Shown here piece by piece: positions 19,764 through 29,213 of a DNA stretch of 64,000 nucleotides (the first letter of the stretch is position 1; every line of letters starts with the position of its first letter). The notes below the pieces were generated by a model. It did no database searches. It was given only the letters and a program-made list of their open reading frames with translations, and was not told where the DNA came from. The stretch lies in assembly GCA_965249725.1 (NCBI GenBank), contig CBDFMQ010000002.1:2528001-2592000 (forward strand), in the 5' to 3' direction. A program made the position numbers and the translations under genes. Source of the DNA: Longimicrobiales bacterium (GTDB lineage: Bacteria; Gemmatimonadota; Gemmatimonadetes; Longimicrobiales; Gaopeijiaceae).

Positions 19764-20555
19764 TCAGTGGGTCAGAGCGTATAACACGATGTTGATCCCC
19801 AGGGCGTATGACTGGGGCGAGAACTGGAAGAAGAACTGATCGTCCTCGCCCTCGCGTTCCCAACCATCCGCGATGTCCGTGTTGTGGGTCATGACCACGA
19901 TAAGCCGCCCCGCCTTGTCCCGGATGCCGCGAAGGTGTGCCTCCTCGCTGTCGCGACCCTGCTCTGAGGTCCCGGAACGCCCACTCCGACGCCAATACTG
20001 AATGGACGGGACTTGAGGCACCTCGTGGACATCGTAGAGGGCATTCAATAAGAGATGGCCGGCCGGGATGTCGACGATCGGAAACTCGGCGGGCGGGAGC
20101 GCCTTGCCGATCTCGCGCGCCCATGTCGCCCACGCCCGACTGCCCCAGAAGTCGTCTGCCCAGAGGAAGCCCCCCTGCTCCAGGTAGAGGCGCAAGCGCT
20201 CGGCCTCCTCGGGGTCGATGCCGTTGGTACCGACGTCGGACATGAAGACGAAGGGGCATGCGAACAACTCGTCGTCCATGATCTGGACGATGCGGTGATC
20301 CGGCTCTCCGTATTCCGTTTGCCGTATAGGGGTCGTCGTGAGCTGGGAGAGACGCAGCATGAGGTTCCGATCCCCATCCGGATAATCGGTCCTCCAGCCC
20401 TGGCCCAGCGGCTCCCGGCGCACCTGGCGATAGGCTACGCGGCAGAACGTGAACGAGCGCTGATCGAGGTGGAGGGGAGCTTGATGCCTCGATAAAAGGT
20501 CGGACGTACCCCACATCGTCCCCAATATCGTGGCGGTGTAGAGCAGTCCTTTCAT
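19764..20555 (-). CDS. DUF4159 domain-containing protein
   Basis: GWRTDYPDGDRN, LRLYLEQGGFLWADDFW, HNTDIADGWE, GINIVLYALTH. Confidence 0.85.
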   Translation of the reverse strand: MKGLLYTATILGTMWGTSDLLSRHQAPLHLDQRSFTFCRVAYRQVRREPLGQGWRTDYPDGDRNLMLRLSQLTTTPIRQTEYGEPDHRIVQIMDDELFACPFVFMSDVGTNGIDPEEAERLRLYLEQGGFLWADDFWGSRAWATWAREIGKALPPAEFPIVDIPAGHLLLNALYDVHEVPQVPSIQYWRRSGRSGTSEQGRDSEEAHLRGIRDKAGRLIVVMTHNTDIADGWEREGEDDQFFFQFSPQSYALGINIVLYALTH

Positions 20556-20888
20556 AGGCCGAACGTGCCCGGGGGGCCTCTTCACTGTCAAACTCCCCTC
20601 CCCTTGAGCGGCGCCCACTTCGCGTGCAGGTTGGTACCAAGACGGCGTTCGAGCGCTCGACGCTAGAGAAGATCGAGCAACTCAAGGCCGTCTACGACAT
20701 GGACTATGGCTCGGAGGCGAGCCACAAGATGGTTGAGGGAGACGGGGAGTAGGCGACCACCCCAGGGCGGTCGCTTGCGGAGGGAGGAGTCGTCACGCAC
20801 GTTAACATCGTTTCTTACCACTCCCCCACGGCCCCGGGTTCGACGTTGTTGCCCCCGCGGATCGGGGACCGTAGCTATGGAGACCGCC

Positions 20889-21299
20889 ATGACCCACGCA
20901 GCGACCCAACCCACAGGCCTGTCTCCGGAAGACAAGGCCGACATCGTCTCGGCCCATCCGGACTTCGAACGATTCCTGTTGACCGGCGACTTCCAATCAC
21001 TCGGCGCCCTCTATACGGCTGACGCCACGCTGTTGCCGCCCGGTCAGCCCGCGGTCCAGGGACAAGCAGCGATCGCCGAGTTTATGAGCGGCTTCCCTCC
21101 ACTCAGCGAATTCAAGCTGCACGTCGACCAGATCGATGGCCGCGAAGATATGGCCTATGTGATCGGCACCTACACGATGACCATGGAGATCGACGGTGAG
21201 TCGGTCCCCGATCAGGGGAAGTACATCGAGATCCGACGTAGGGAGCCCGACGGCCAGTGGGCGATACACGCAGACATCTTCAACTCGAGCCAGGGCTAG
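20889..21299 (+). CDS. NTF2-like (DUF4440/SnoaL) protein
   Basis: LYTADATLLPPGQPAVQG, DQGKYIEI...DGQWAIHADIFN. GGAGA RBS. Confidence 0.85.
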   Translation: MTHAATQPTGLSPEDKADIVSAHPDFERFLLTGDFQSLGALYTADATLLPPGQPAVQGQAAIAEFMSGFPPLSEFKLHVDQIDGREDMAYVIGTYTMTMEIDGESVPDQGKYIEIRRREPDGQWAIHADIFNSSQG

Positions 21300-21337
21300 T
21301 ACCGGCTCCCGCCATACCGCTAATCCAGGAGGATCCA

Positions 21338-22765
21338 ATGCACCACGTTGCACCCGCACGGTTCGCCGTCTCTATATGTCTCGCTCTCGCAGTGCTCATC
21401 GGACCCGCGACGCATCAGGCCCTCGCTCAGGACGATGAAGCACGCGTCCTGCAGGTAACCACCGAATCGGAGCAGGCCGAGGCCCACTTCTGGGCGGGCG
21501 TCGACGATGTCGAGAACGTGTTCTTGAGCCGATCGGCAATGCACTTCGAGCAGGCGCTGGAACTGGACCCGGATTTCGGCATGGCTCAGTTCATGCACGC
21601 CCGGAGCGCGCCTGGAATGGGCCGTGCGGAGCGCCTCGAGAAGATGGCGGCGGCCATGGCGGTCCTCGCAAACGCATCCGCCGGTGAACTGGCGTTTGCC
21701 TCGGCCATACGGGAGCAATTCGCCGGCAACGCCCGCGAGGCACGGGCGATGTACGCCGCGGCAGCTCGAATCTCTCCCGACGATCCACACGTCGCGTTCC
21801 GCCGCGCGGCCTTTACGGGTGCGGGGGGCTCGGCGGACCGTCTGAGGGCCCTGACGAACGTGCGGGAGGCGCACCCCACCTTCGCCGCCAGCGCGAACAC
21901 TCTGGCATACCTACAGTGGAACATGGGAGACCAGGCCAGAGCCCGGCAGAACGTGGCTCGATACATGGAGCTGGCCGGTTCGCATCCGAACTCGCACGAC
22001 TCGTACGCCGAGCTCTTCCAGTTCAGCGGCATGATCGAGGAAGCCATCGCCCACTACAACATGGCCCTCGAGTTGGACGAGACCTACACCGCAGGGTACA
22101 CGGGACTCGCCGAGGCCTATATGCTGGCGGGCGACGGCGACATGGCTCGCGATGCCCTTGAGCGTGCGGCCCCGCACTCGACTACGAACGGTCTGAACAA
22201 CCTTGGCCGAGCCGTGGCCAACACCTACCTGATGGAAGGTGACACACGCAGGGCCGAAGAAGCGCTCCAGGAGGCGGCACAGAAGCTCGAGGCGATCAAC
22301 AACAATGGCCTGACCGCCCAGGCGCACCGGGAACTGGCGGTGTTGGCGGCGCTCGGTGGCGATGCCGCCATGGCGCACGGGCACCTCGAGAAGGCACTGG
22401 AATTCCAGGATGCGAATGCAGCTCAGCACGCGATGGCCGCGATCACCCACGGCCTGATGGGTCATGCCGGACCGGCCGCCAGGGCCGCCGCCGCCTTCGA
22501 GGAGGCGACGGGGCCCAACAACACGTTCGCCGCCACTCTCACCGGCTACGCGCAGCTCGTCGGTGGAGACGCCGAAGGAGCCCGCCGGTCGCTCGTCAAG
22601 TCGGGCCTCCGCGGTCCCTGGGAGAAGGCCTTCATGGCCCTGACCGAAAAGGCTCTCGGGAACGAAGATGAGGCGGAGCGCTGGGAGCAGGCCGTCTGGG
22701 CCCACAACCAGCACACTGCGTTCAACTTGGGTGTGGCGTTCTCCCGCTTGATCGTATCCGACTAG
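21338..22765 (+). CDS. Secreted tetratricopeptide-repeat protein
   Basis: AGGAGG RBS, signal peptide, FEQALELDPDFGMA and HYNMALELD helical repeats. Confidence 0.85.
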   Translation: MHHVAPARFAVSICLALAVLIGPATHQALAQDDEARVLQVTTESEQAEAHFWAGVDDVENVFLSRSAMHFEQALELDPDFGMAQFMHARSAPGMGRAERLEKMAAAMAVLANASAGELAFASAIREQFAGNAREARAMYAAAARISPDDPHVAFRRAAFTGAGGSADRLRALTNVREAHPTFAASANTLAYLQWNMGDQARARQNVARYMELAGSHPNSHDSYAELFQFSGMIEEAIAHYNMALELDETYTAGYTGLAEAYMLAGDGDMARDALERAAPHSTTNGLNNLGRAVANTYLMEGDTRRAEEALQEAAQKLEAINNNGLTAQAHRELAVLAALGGDAAMAHGHLEKALEFQDANAAQHAMAAITHGLMGHAGPAARAAAAFEEATGPNNTFAATLTGYAQLVGGDAEGARRSLVKSGLRGPWEKAFMALTEKALGNEDEAERWEQAVWAHNQHTAFNLGVAFSRLIVSD

Positions 22766-22790
22766 GAGAGAGATCCCCTCAGGAAGGACG

Positions 22791-22823
22791 GAAGGCCCCG
22801 ACCCCTGGCGGGTCGGGGCCTTC
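22791..22823. terminator. Intrinsic terminator hairpin between convergent genes
   Basis: GAAGGCCCCGACCC-ctggc-GGGTCGGGGCCTTC. Confidence 0.75.
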
Positions 22824-22851
22824 TTCACGATCGCAACGATCGCCGTTCCGC

Positions 22852-25110
22852 TCAGTCCGCGCCGACCGCCGTCTGCAACTGCACCAGCCGCGGCTGGATC
22901 TTCTCCATGTCGTGCTTGCAGACGCCGGCCTTGGTCAGGAGCTTGACCTCGCAGATGTTGCAGCGGACGCACTCCTTGAAGTCAACGTCCGGACCTCTGA
23001 TAGCCCCGGTGGGACAGCTCTGCTCGCAGACCTTGCAGATATCGCACTGCTTGACCCGCGGAATGCGGAAGAACGACACCAGTGAGGCGACGCCGAGAGC
23101 GGCGCCCAACGGGCAGGCGTACCGGCAGTAGAACCTCGGAATCACGACGGAGGCCAGCAGAACGCTGCCGGCGATGCTCCACATGAGCACCGAAGAGCTG
23201 AGGAAGAACACAGTGCCGAACGGCTCGAAGTACCCGTAGATCGAGAGGTCGCTGTTGACCACGGCGGTGACGAGGATGAGCCCGAGGATGCCGTACTTGA
23301 TGTAGATGGCCCGGTCATGGATCTGGCTCGGCACTTTTCGCTGGAAGCGCTTCGGAACCACGCGCTCGATGAAGTCCTGTAGAGCCCCGAACGGACACAG
23401 GAATCCGCAGAACACGCGCCCCCAGAGCAAGGTCGTCACCACGGTGAAGATGATCATGACGAGCATGACCAGGTCGCCGAGGTAGACACGAGGACCACCG
23501 GCGATTCCGCTGGTGATGTGGGAGATCGAAAGAAAGCCTCCGTCGACCCACCCCAGATACACGAGGGTGCCGCCCAGAGCTACCCACCGCGCGGGCACGC
23601 CCTTGAAGATGAAGGCGTTCAGCGCAAGACCGAAGATTATGAGAAGCCCCACAACCCGGCTCCAGCGTGTCTGCGCCAGCATCAGAGAGAAGGCGGACTC
23701 CTCCTCTTCCTCCTCGAAATCGAAATCGAAACCCAACCCGGCCTGGTCGGCCGGCAGGGCCGTGGCGGCGTCCGGCTGCACCGTCACCTCCGGCTGCGGC
23801 GGCACCGCCGCGGCGGTCTCCGCGGGGGCCCCTGCCTCTGCCGTGGTCCCGTTCACGTCGGCTTCGGGGTCGGCGCCATTCGTCCCGTGCGTCTCGCCGG
23901 CAGCGGCGGTAGCCGTGGCCGTGGCGGTGTCGGCATCCGCTGCCGCCGCGGGATTGCCTCCAGATGTGCCACCATCGGGCGAAGCGGCCGCGGTGGTCTG
24001 AGCAGGAGTCTCACCACCCCGTACGAATTCCAACACGTCCGGGGCGATCGTGTACTCGATCGTGAAGGGATCGCCCTGCCCGTCATCGTACTGGATCGTA
24101 AAGGGCTGGCTCAGGTCTACCGCGGGGTCGATCAACAGCATCGCAGCATAGAAGACCTGCTCGGCCATCTTGCCCTCTTCGGGCCTGCCCCAGTACACCA
24201 CCTGATTCCTGGGAAGCGGATAGGACTCCCCACCCTGCAGCACGGTGATGGCCCTGGGCCGGAATCCCGCGATGAAGCTCCCGTCGAGGCCGAGAATCAT
24301 CAGGTGGAAGTCCTCGTACCTCGGACCCACCTTCTCGAGCATGGACGCATAGGAGTCGGCACCCACGACAATGTCGCCGAGCCTCTCGTTGCCCACGTAG
24401 GTGAACGAGAGATCGAGCCCAAGAGCGTTGTAGCGGACGACCTCCATCTTCGCGATGAGACCACTCGAAACCAGCTCGAGCCAACTGAGCTGCTCGATCG
24501 CGTCGGCCGTCAGCCCCTCGCCGCTCGAAGCGGCCACCACCGTGGGTGCGGGTCGACGCAGATAGGCCATCGCCACCCGACGAGCCGAGTTGCGGATACC
24601 CCGGGCCATGGCCCCGGCGGAGATCGTGGCCCCACTAACGCCGTCGAGGTCCCGGTAGATCCTGAACGCATCGGCGACATGCTTTCCGGCGTACTGCGAC
24701 TCGACACCCGGGCCCCTGAGAAAGTCCCCAACCGAGGCCACCAGGGCCTCGTGGTAGTTGATCACCGTGGCCCCGGTGAGGTTGCCGGCCAGGTCGACGC
24801 CGACCAGCACCTGGATGGTCCCGCTGTATCCAAACTCCTCAGGGGGTAGATCGGACGTCAGGAACAGGTAACCGACGAGTACTTGTGAGGTGCCGTTCGG
24901 GTCGTCGGCAAAAGCGTGGTAGACGGGGGGCGATCCGCTCTTCTCCGAGAAGCTCGTGGCCTCGGGCATGACCCCGCGGAGCCTGGCATCGTCGATCTTC
25001 AGGGGAATCTGGGCGTCCGCGCCTCGTGGCAGCATCAGCAGCAGCGCAAATGCTGTAGCTCCGCACAGTCGAAGCGTGAAGCCCTTCCCGGGCATGTTCC
25101 TCGCCATCAT
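22852..25110 (-). CDS. NosR/NirI-like FMN-binding plus 4Fe-4S membrane protein
   Basis: GYSG, DGVSGAT flavinylation motif, FCGFLCPFG, YCRYACPLG, CDICKVCEQSCP, CVRCNIC. Confidence 0.85.
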   Translation of the reverse strand: MMARNMPGKGFTLRLCGATAFALLLMLPRGADAQIPLKIDDARLRGVMPEATSFSEKSGSPPVYHAFADDPNGTSQVLVGYLFLTSDLPPEEFGYSGTIQVLVGVDLAGNLTGATVINYHEALVASVGDFLRGPGVESQYAGKHVADAFRIYRDLDGVSGATISAGAMARGIRNSARRVAMAYLRRPAPTVVAASSGEGLTADAIEQLSWLELVSSGLIAKMEVVRYNALGLDLSFTYVGNERLGDIVVGADSYASMLEKVGPRYEDFHLMILGLDGSFIAGFRPRAITVLQGGESYPLPRNQVVYWGRPEEGKMAEQVFYAAMLLIDPAVDLSQPFTIQYDDGQGDPFTIEYTIAPDVLEFVRGGETPAQTTAAASPDGGTSGGNPAAAADADTATATATAAAGETHGTNGADPEADVNGTTAEAGAPAETAAAVPPQPEVTVQPDAATALPADQAGLGFDFDFEEEEEESAFSLMLAQTRWSRVVGLLIIFGLALNAFIFKGVPARWVALGGTLVYLGWVDGGFLSISHITSGIAGGPRVYLGDLVMLVMIIFTVVTTLLWGRVFCGFLCPFGALQDFIERVVPKRFQRKVPSQIHDRAIYIKYGILGLILVTAVVNSDLSIYGYFEPFGTVFFLSSSVLMWSIAGSVLLASVVIPRFYCRYACPLGAALGVASLVSFFRIPRVKQCDICKVCEQSCPTGAIRGPDVDFKECVRCNICEVKLLTKAGVCKHDMEKIQPRLVQLQTAVGAD

Positions 25111-25203
25111 TCTCCCCTGACCAATCACCGGCTCGGTAAGCGCGGGCTCATTGAGCTTTGACGCCTTCTCCGGGTATGTCAAGCTTACGCTCTCTCCGCT
25201 GAC

Positions 25204-25296
25204 ACAGCTTCTACTACGGCTTCTGCCACCGCTTCTGCCACCGCTTCTACCACCGCTTCTGCCACCGCTTCTGCCACCGCTTCTACCACAGCTTCT
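25204..25296. repeat. 12-bp tandem repeat (about 7.5 copies) overlapping the DUF885 stop codon
   Basis: GCTTCT recurs every 12 nt from 25207 to 25291 (8 times). Consensus CCGCTTCTGCCA. Confidence 0.95.
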
Positions 25297-26941
25297 CGAT
25301 CTCGTCTTCGAGGCCCGTCATCTCCCACCGAATCAGCGACACCGGGATCATCCCAGCGGCGTGGAACTCGTCGACGAACCGGCCCAGGCTGAATTCGTCG
25401 CCGAGCTGCTGAGCCCGGTCCGCGAGCAGCTTGTCAATGGCGACTTTGCCGATCACGTAGCTGGTACCGTAGGTGGGCTGCTCCAAGTAGAGCTGCTGCT
25501 CACCCCAGACGGTGTTGCTTTCGGGCGGCATCCAGTTCCGCGGCGTCCACTTGGAAGCGTAGTCCACGGCCTCCTGGATGGTGTATTCATTGCTATGCAT
25601 CTTCAGGCCGCCCATCGCCCGGGCGGCACGCTGGGCCAACAGGATGTAGACGAGTTCCTGCGCTCTCGGCAGGTCGTCGAGGTATCCGGCACCCATGACC
25701 AGCTCTTCCATGCCGGTCGCGTAGCCCTCGGCCCGGGCGGACCAGATGTTGTAGAGTAGCGGGACCCGGCGAATGGGACTCGAGTGAGCCTCGGCATCCA
25801 TACGAGCCAGATCGAACCAGTGCGTTCCGTGCGCCCTCATCGGCAGCATGTTGCGATAGCTGACTTCACTGAAGAAGCCGATGTCACCCTCAGGAGGTGA
25901 GAAGCGCCCCTCACGGGCCATGAGCGCCGGCTCGGCATACTCGGGCACGGTGAAGAAGTCCTCACGATCGAGGAACCGGATGAACTCACGGACCGCTGCT
26001 CTATACTGGCGCTGATACTGGCCCTCCGACGAGATCAACGGGAGCTCGGACCGGTTGCGGTTCTTGTTCTCGAGCAGCTTCAGGTAGGCCCAGGACCGGC
26101 CCAATTCCCGCTCGACGATCGCGACCTGATCGGCCCAGGTGTAAGGCAGGAGCGCCACGTTCTTCAGGTACCAGTCGTATTCCTCCACCCCGACTCCCGA
26201 GGAAGCTGTCGTGCCGGCTTGCCGCTCCTCGATCCAAGCGATGTACTCGTCGACGGCGGCCTGGGCGGCCTCGGCGTCGGCCGAGAGGTCCGGGTAGTCG
26301 TCAGAGACCCGCTCCGCCAATCCTCCCAGCGTCCGACTCACGCCCCCCATGGCCCGCATGCTGAGGAACCAAAGGTCCGCAGCCTCGACGACGAGGTTCG
26401 TCTTCGCCTGCTCTAAGATGGCGGGCATGACGCTGACGCCCTCTTGGATCTCGGCCGCGCTTCGATCGGACAGCGGGAACTGGTAGGTCCAAAGTTCGAC
26501 GGCCCCGTGCATGACCTCGCCCTCACGGGCCGGAACGTCGGACTGGGACCCGTGAATGAGCATGTAGAATGCGGGATTTCTCGCCCAAGGGCGCAGCACC
26601 CGGTGGTCGAACTCCAGGCCGTTCATCTCGGCTCGGACGATGTGGTAGTCGACCTGCTCGGAGATGGGCCATCCCCCGGGGTCGATCGCCGCCAAACGGG
26701 TCTGGTATCCCCTGAGCTCCTGCGCCTGCTGGGCCATCGCGGCCGCGGTGTAGTCGGGCACGCCCTCGGTCACATCCGGAGCCTGAAAGCTCCGCCACTC
26801 CTGGTGGAGTGTGAGGAGGTCCTCATACCGGGTGCTCTGGGCCACGTCCTCTCCCGCCGGGGTCGATGCGCCCTGACAGGAAACGAGAAGCACCAGAGCT
26901 GCAACTACGGTCGGGCGAATCCGTGCGGTACGCATCAGCAT
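25283..26941 (-). CDS. DUF885 family lipoprotein
   Basis: LVSC lipobox, EGYATGMEE, QPTYGTSYVIGK, FHAAGMIP. AGGAGG RBS. Confidence 0.8.
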   Translation of the reverse strand: MLMRTARIRPTVVAALVLLVSCQGASTPAGEDVAQSTRYEDLLTLHQEWRSFQAPDVTEGVPDYTAAAMAQQAQELRGYQTRLAAIDPGGWPISEQVDYHIVRAEMNGLEFDHRVLRPWARNPAFYMLIHGSQSDVPAREGEVMHGAVELWTYQFPLSDRSAAEIQEGVSVMPAILEQAKTNLVVEAADLWFLSMRAMGGVSRTLGGLAERVSDDYPDLSADAEAAQAAVDEYIAWIEERQAGTTASSGVGVEEYDWYLKNVALLPYTWADQVAIVERELGRSWAYLKLLENKNRNRSELPLISSEGQYQRQYRAAVREFIRFLDREDFFTVPEYAEPALMAREGRFSPPEGDIGFFSEVSYRNMLPMRAHGTHWFDLARMDAEAHSSPIRRVPLLYNIWSARAEGYATGMEELVMGAGYLDDLPRAQELVYILLAQRAARAMGGLKMHSNEYTIQEAVDYASKWTPRNWMPPESNTVWGEQQLYLEQPTYGTSYVIGKVAIDKLLADRAQQLGDEFSLGRFVDEFHAAGMIPVSLIRWEMTGLEDEIEKLW

Positions 26942-27086
26942 GCCAACCTCCTTAAGGGCGAGCTGGCGGGCCCCCCTTTGGATGGGAAAAGCGGTGTGCG
27001 ATTGTACTTCAGGCCGGCCCGCGCCACCAGCACGGCTCTAGAGTTCCTGATTGAGTCGTGGGTGCCCCCCCGGTAGATTGCCTGCC

Positions 27087-27869
27087 ATGAGCCCACCGGA
27101 CGATTCCTCCCGCCGTTACGGCGACCGTGAGATCGGCTTGATCCTGAAGCGTGCCACGGAGCTTCAGGACACCGCCCCAGAGCCGTCGGGAAGCGGGCTC
27201 TCCCTCGCGGAACTGGAAGAGATCGCCCTCGAGGCGGGAATCGATCCCACTCACCTTCGCCGCGCCGCGGCCGAGGTTGAGGCCGGGGCACCCGCATCGG
27301 GGATCTCCGCCGCCTTCCTCGGCACGTCACCCACGATCTCACTCGAGCGGGTCATCCAGGGAGAGATCGAGGAAGAGGTGTTCGAGATTCTCGTTCCCGA
27401 GATTCAACACGTGGATACCGGACAGGGCGTGCCCAGCCTCTTCGGCCGGACGCTGACCTGGCGCTCGAACACCCCGTCGAACACGCGGGCCCTCCAACTC
27501 ACCGTATCATCGCGCGATGGCGAGACACAGATCCGCATCGAAGAACAGCTCCACGGATTTGCCGGTGGACTCTTCGGTGGGCTCGTGGGGGGCGGCGGGG
27601 CGGGAATCGGGGTGGGCGTCGGTGTGGGGGTGGGCGTCGACGTGCTGGGATCGGTCCTTTTCAGCGTGGCCTTCCCGCTAGGTGTGATCGGGGGGTGCTA
27701 CCTGATCGCACGCTCCATTTTCGGTGCCACCGTACGCCGTAGACAGCGAACGCTGCACGGCTTGATGGACCGACTCACCGAGATCGTGAAGCGTGAGATG
27801 TCACGGAAGGAACTAGAGGGTGGCGAGCCCACCCAGGCGCTCCCGCCAGGGGATGCCGCACCCTCTTAA
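27087..27869 (+). CDS. Hypothetical membrane protein with glycine-rich TM hairpin
   Basis: RRYGDREIGLILKRATELQ...LSLAELEEIALEAGID and GGGAGIGVGVGVGVG. Confidence 0.75.
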   Translation: MSPPDDSSRRYGDREIGLILKRATELQDTAPEPSGSGLSLAELEEIALEAGIDPTHLRRAAAEVEAGAPASGISAAFLGTSPTISLERVIQGEIEEEVFEILVPEIQHVDTGQGVPSLFGRTLTWRSNTPSNTRALQLTVSSRDGETQIRIEEQLHGFAGGLFGGLVGGGGAGIGVGVGVGVGVDVLGSVLFSVAFPLGVIGGCYLIARSIFGATVRRRQRTLHGLMDRLTEIVKREMSRKELEGGEPTQALPPGDAAPS

Positions 27870-28014
27870 GTCGGCGGATCAGCGACTGTGCTGGCTCCCC
27901 CAGGCTTCGCAAGCGAATAGGACGTAGCCAACCCGGTTCCCGTTGCCGCCGGGAATGCGCCGCCGTATCCTCGACGATTCACCCTGCCTGCCTCACTCAC
28001 ACTCCGGAGCGCTC

Positions 28015-28950
28015 TTGGACCTCCTTCTACTGATCCTCGGCCTGGTCGCGCTCTGGCAGGGTACCGACTTCGCTCTGGAGGGCGCCCTCCGGATCAGCTC
28101 CCGATACGGTGTCTCGAGGGGCTTCGTCGGCCTCACCGTTCTAGCCATCGGCACCGGGCTGCCCGAGCTCGTCGTGGGGGTCGTCGGGGGCATGGAGCAG
28201 CTGAGCGGGATCGAGGCTTCGGGAGTCGTGGTCGGCAACATGACCGGGAGCGTCGTGGCTCAAGGCGCCCTGGTCCTGGGCGTATCGGGGCTCTTCACAT
28301 ACCTGCGGCTCGCCCCCCGCATGATCCGACGGGACGGGACGATCCTGCTGCTGGCCATCGGGCTGTTCGCGCTGGTGGGTAGTGACGGCGAAATCGCCCG
28401 CGCCGAAGGGGCGGTTTTGATCGTCGGCTACGCGATCTACCTGGTGGCGCTCTTGCAAGCCGAGCGGAACGGGAAGTATGCACCGAAGCCCCCGGAGGGA
28501 CGGGCCATCGTCGACTTCCTGACGGTGGCTCTCGGCCTCGCCACGGTGGTGGTCGCCGCGCACGTGGTGGTCCTCAACGCCATCTCCATCGCGGAGAGCT
28601 GGAACGTGAGTCAGACCGTCATCGGCATCTTCCTCGTCGGGGCGGGAACCAGCCTCCCCGAGTTGGCCCTGTCGGTCCGTGCCGCTGCCAAGGGGCAGTC
28701 GAGCATCTCGGTGGGGAACATCATCGGAAGCAACACCTTCGATCTGATGGTGCCCCTGGGGGCGAGTTCCCTGCTCTTCCCCCTCACGGTGAGCCGCGAC
28801 GTGCTGTTCATCGACGTGCCCGTCATGGTGATCATGACCATCACGGCGCTCTTCTTCTTCGTCCGGACGAAGGGACTCCAGAAGCGCGAGGCAATGACGC
28901 TTCTGATCATGTACGTCACCTACGTGGTCCTGCGCATCTTCATCCTTTAG
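28015..28950 (+). CDS. Calcium/sodium antiporter (YrbG/CaCA family)
   Basis: Two alpha repeats: GTGLPEL...GNMTGS and GTSLPEL...GNIIGSN. Confidence 0.9.
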   Translation: MDLLLLILGLVALWQGTDFALEGALRISSRYGVSRGFVGLTVLAIGTGLPELVVGVVGGMEQLSGIEASGVVVGNMTGSVVAQGALVLGVSGLFTYLRLAPRMIRRDGTILLLAIGLFALVGSDGEIARAEGAVLIVGYAIYLVALLQAERNGKYAPKPPEGRAIVDFLTVALGLATVVVAAHVVVLNAISIAESWNVSQTVIGIFLVGAGTSLPELALSVRAAAKGQSSISVGNIIGSNTFDLMVPLGASSLLFPLTVSRDVLFIDVPVMVIMTITALFFFVRTKGLQKREAMTLLIMYVTYVVLRIFIL

Positions 28951-29204
28951 GCCCGTGGACGGTCCTTACGGCCCCATTCCGGGGACCCCAGGCGCGGAGT
29001 CACCCGCTTCCAGTTGTAGGCACCCAGGGCTCCGACCACGGGCACCAGTCCCGCCTTCAGCAGCAGAACCCTACCATAGGGCGAGCCGAACAACCCGCCC
29101 CAGGATCCTACGTGAAGCCATGACGCGAAGAGTCCCTTGCCGACGAGGATTGCGACGCTCCCTATCGCCAGAGGGAAGAACGAGACGACGGCTCCGGGAA
29201 GCAC
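28947..29204 (-). pseudogene. CopD-like C-terminal gene remnant
   Basis: LFGSPYGRVLLLKAGLV...LGAYNW resembles the CopD C-terminal motif. Only 85 codons. Confidence 0.55.
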
Positions 29205-29213
29205 GTCGCGCGC

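Noticed and set aside
22852..25110. Gene symbol nosR and denitrification call
   Set aside because: No nos or nir genes in the window, and architecture alone is insufficient.
25151..25759. ORF with LLPP repeats
   Set aside because: Antisense to the DUF885 gene. The repeats are just the 12-bp VNTR.
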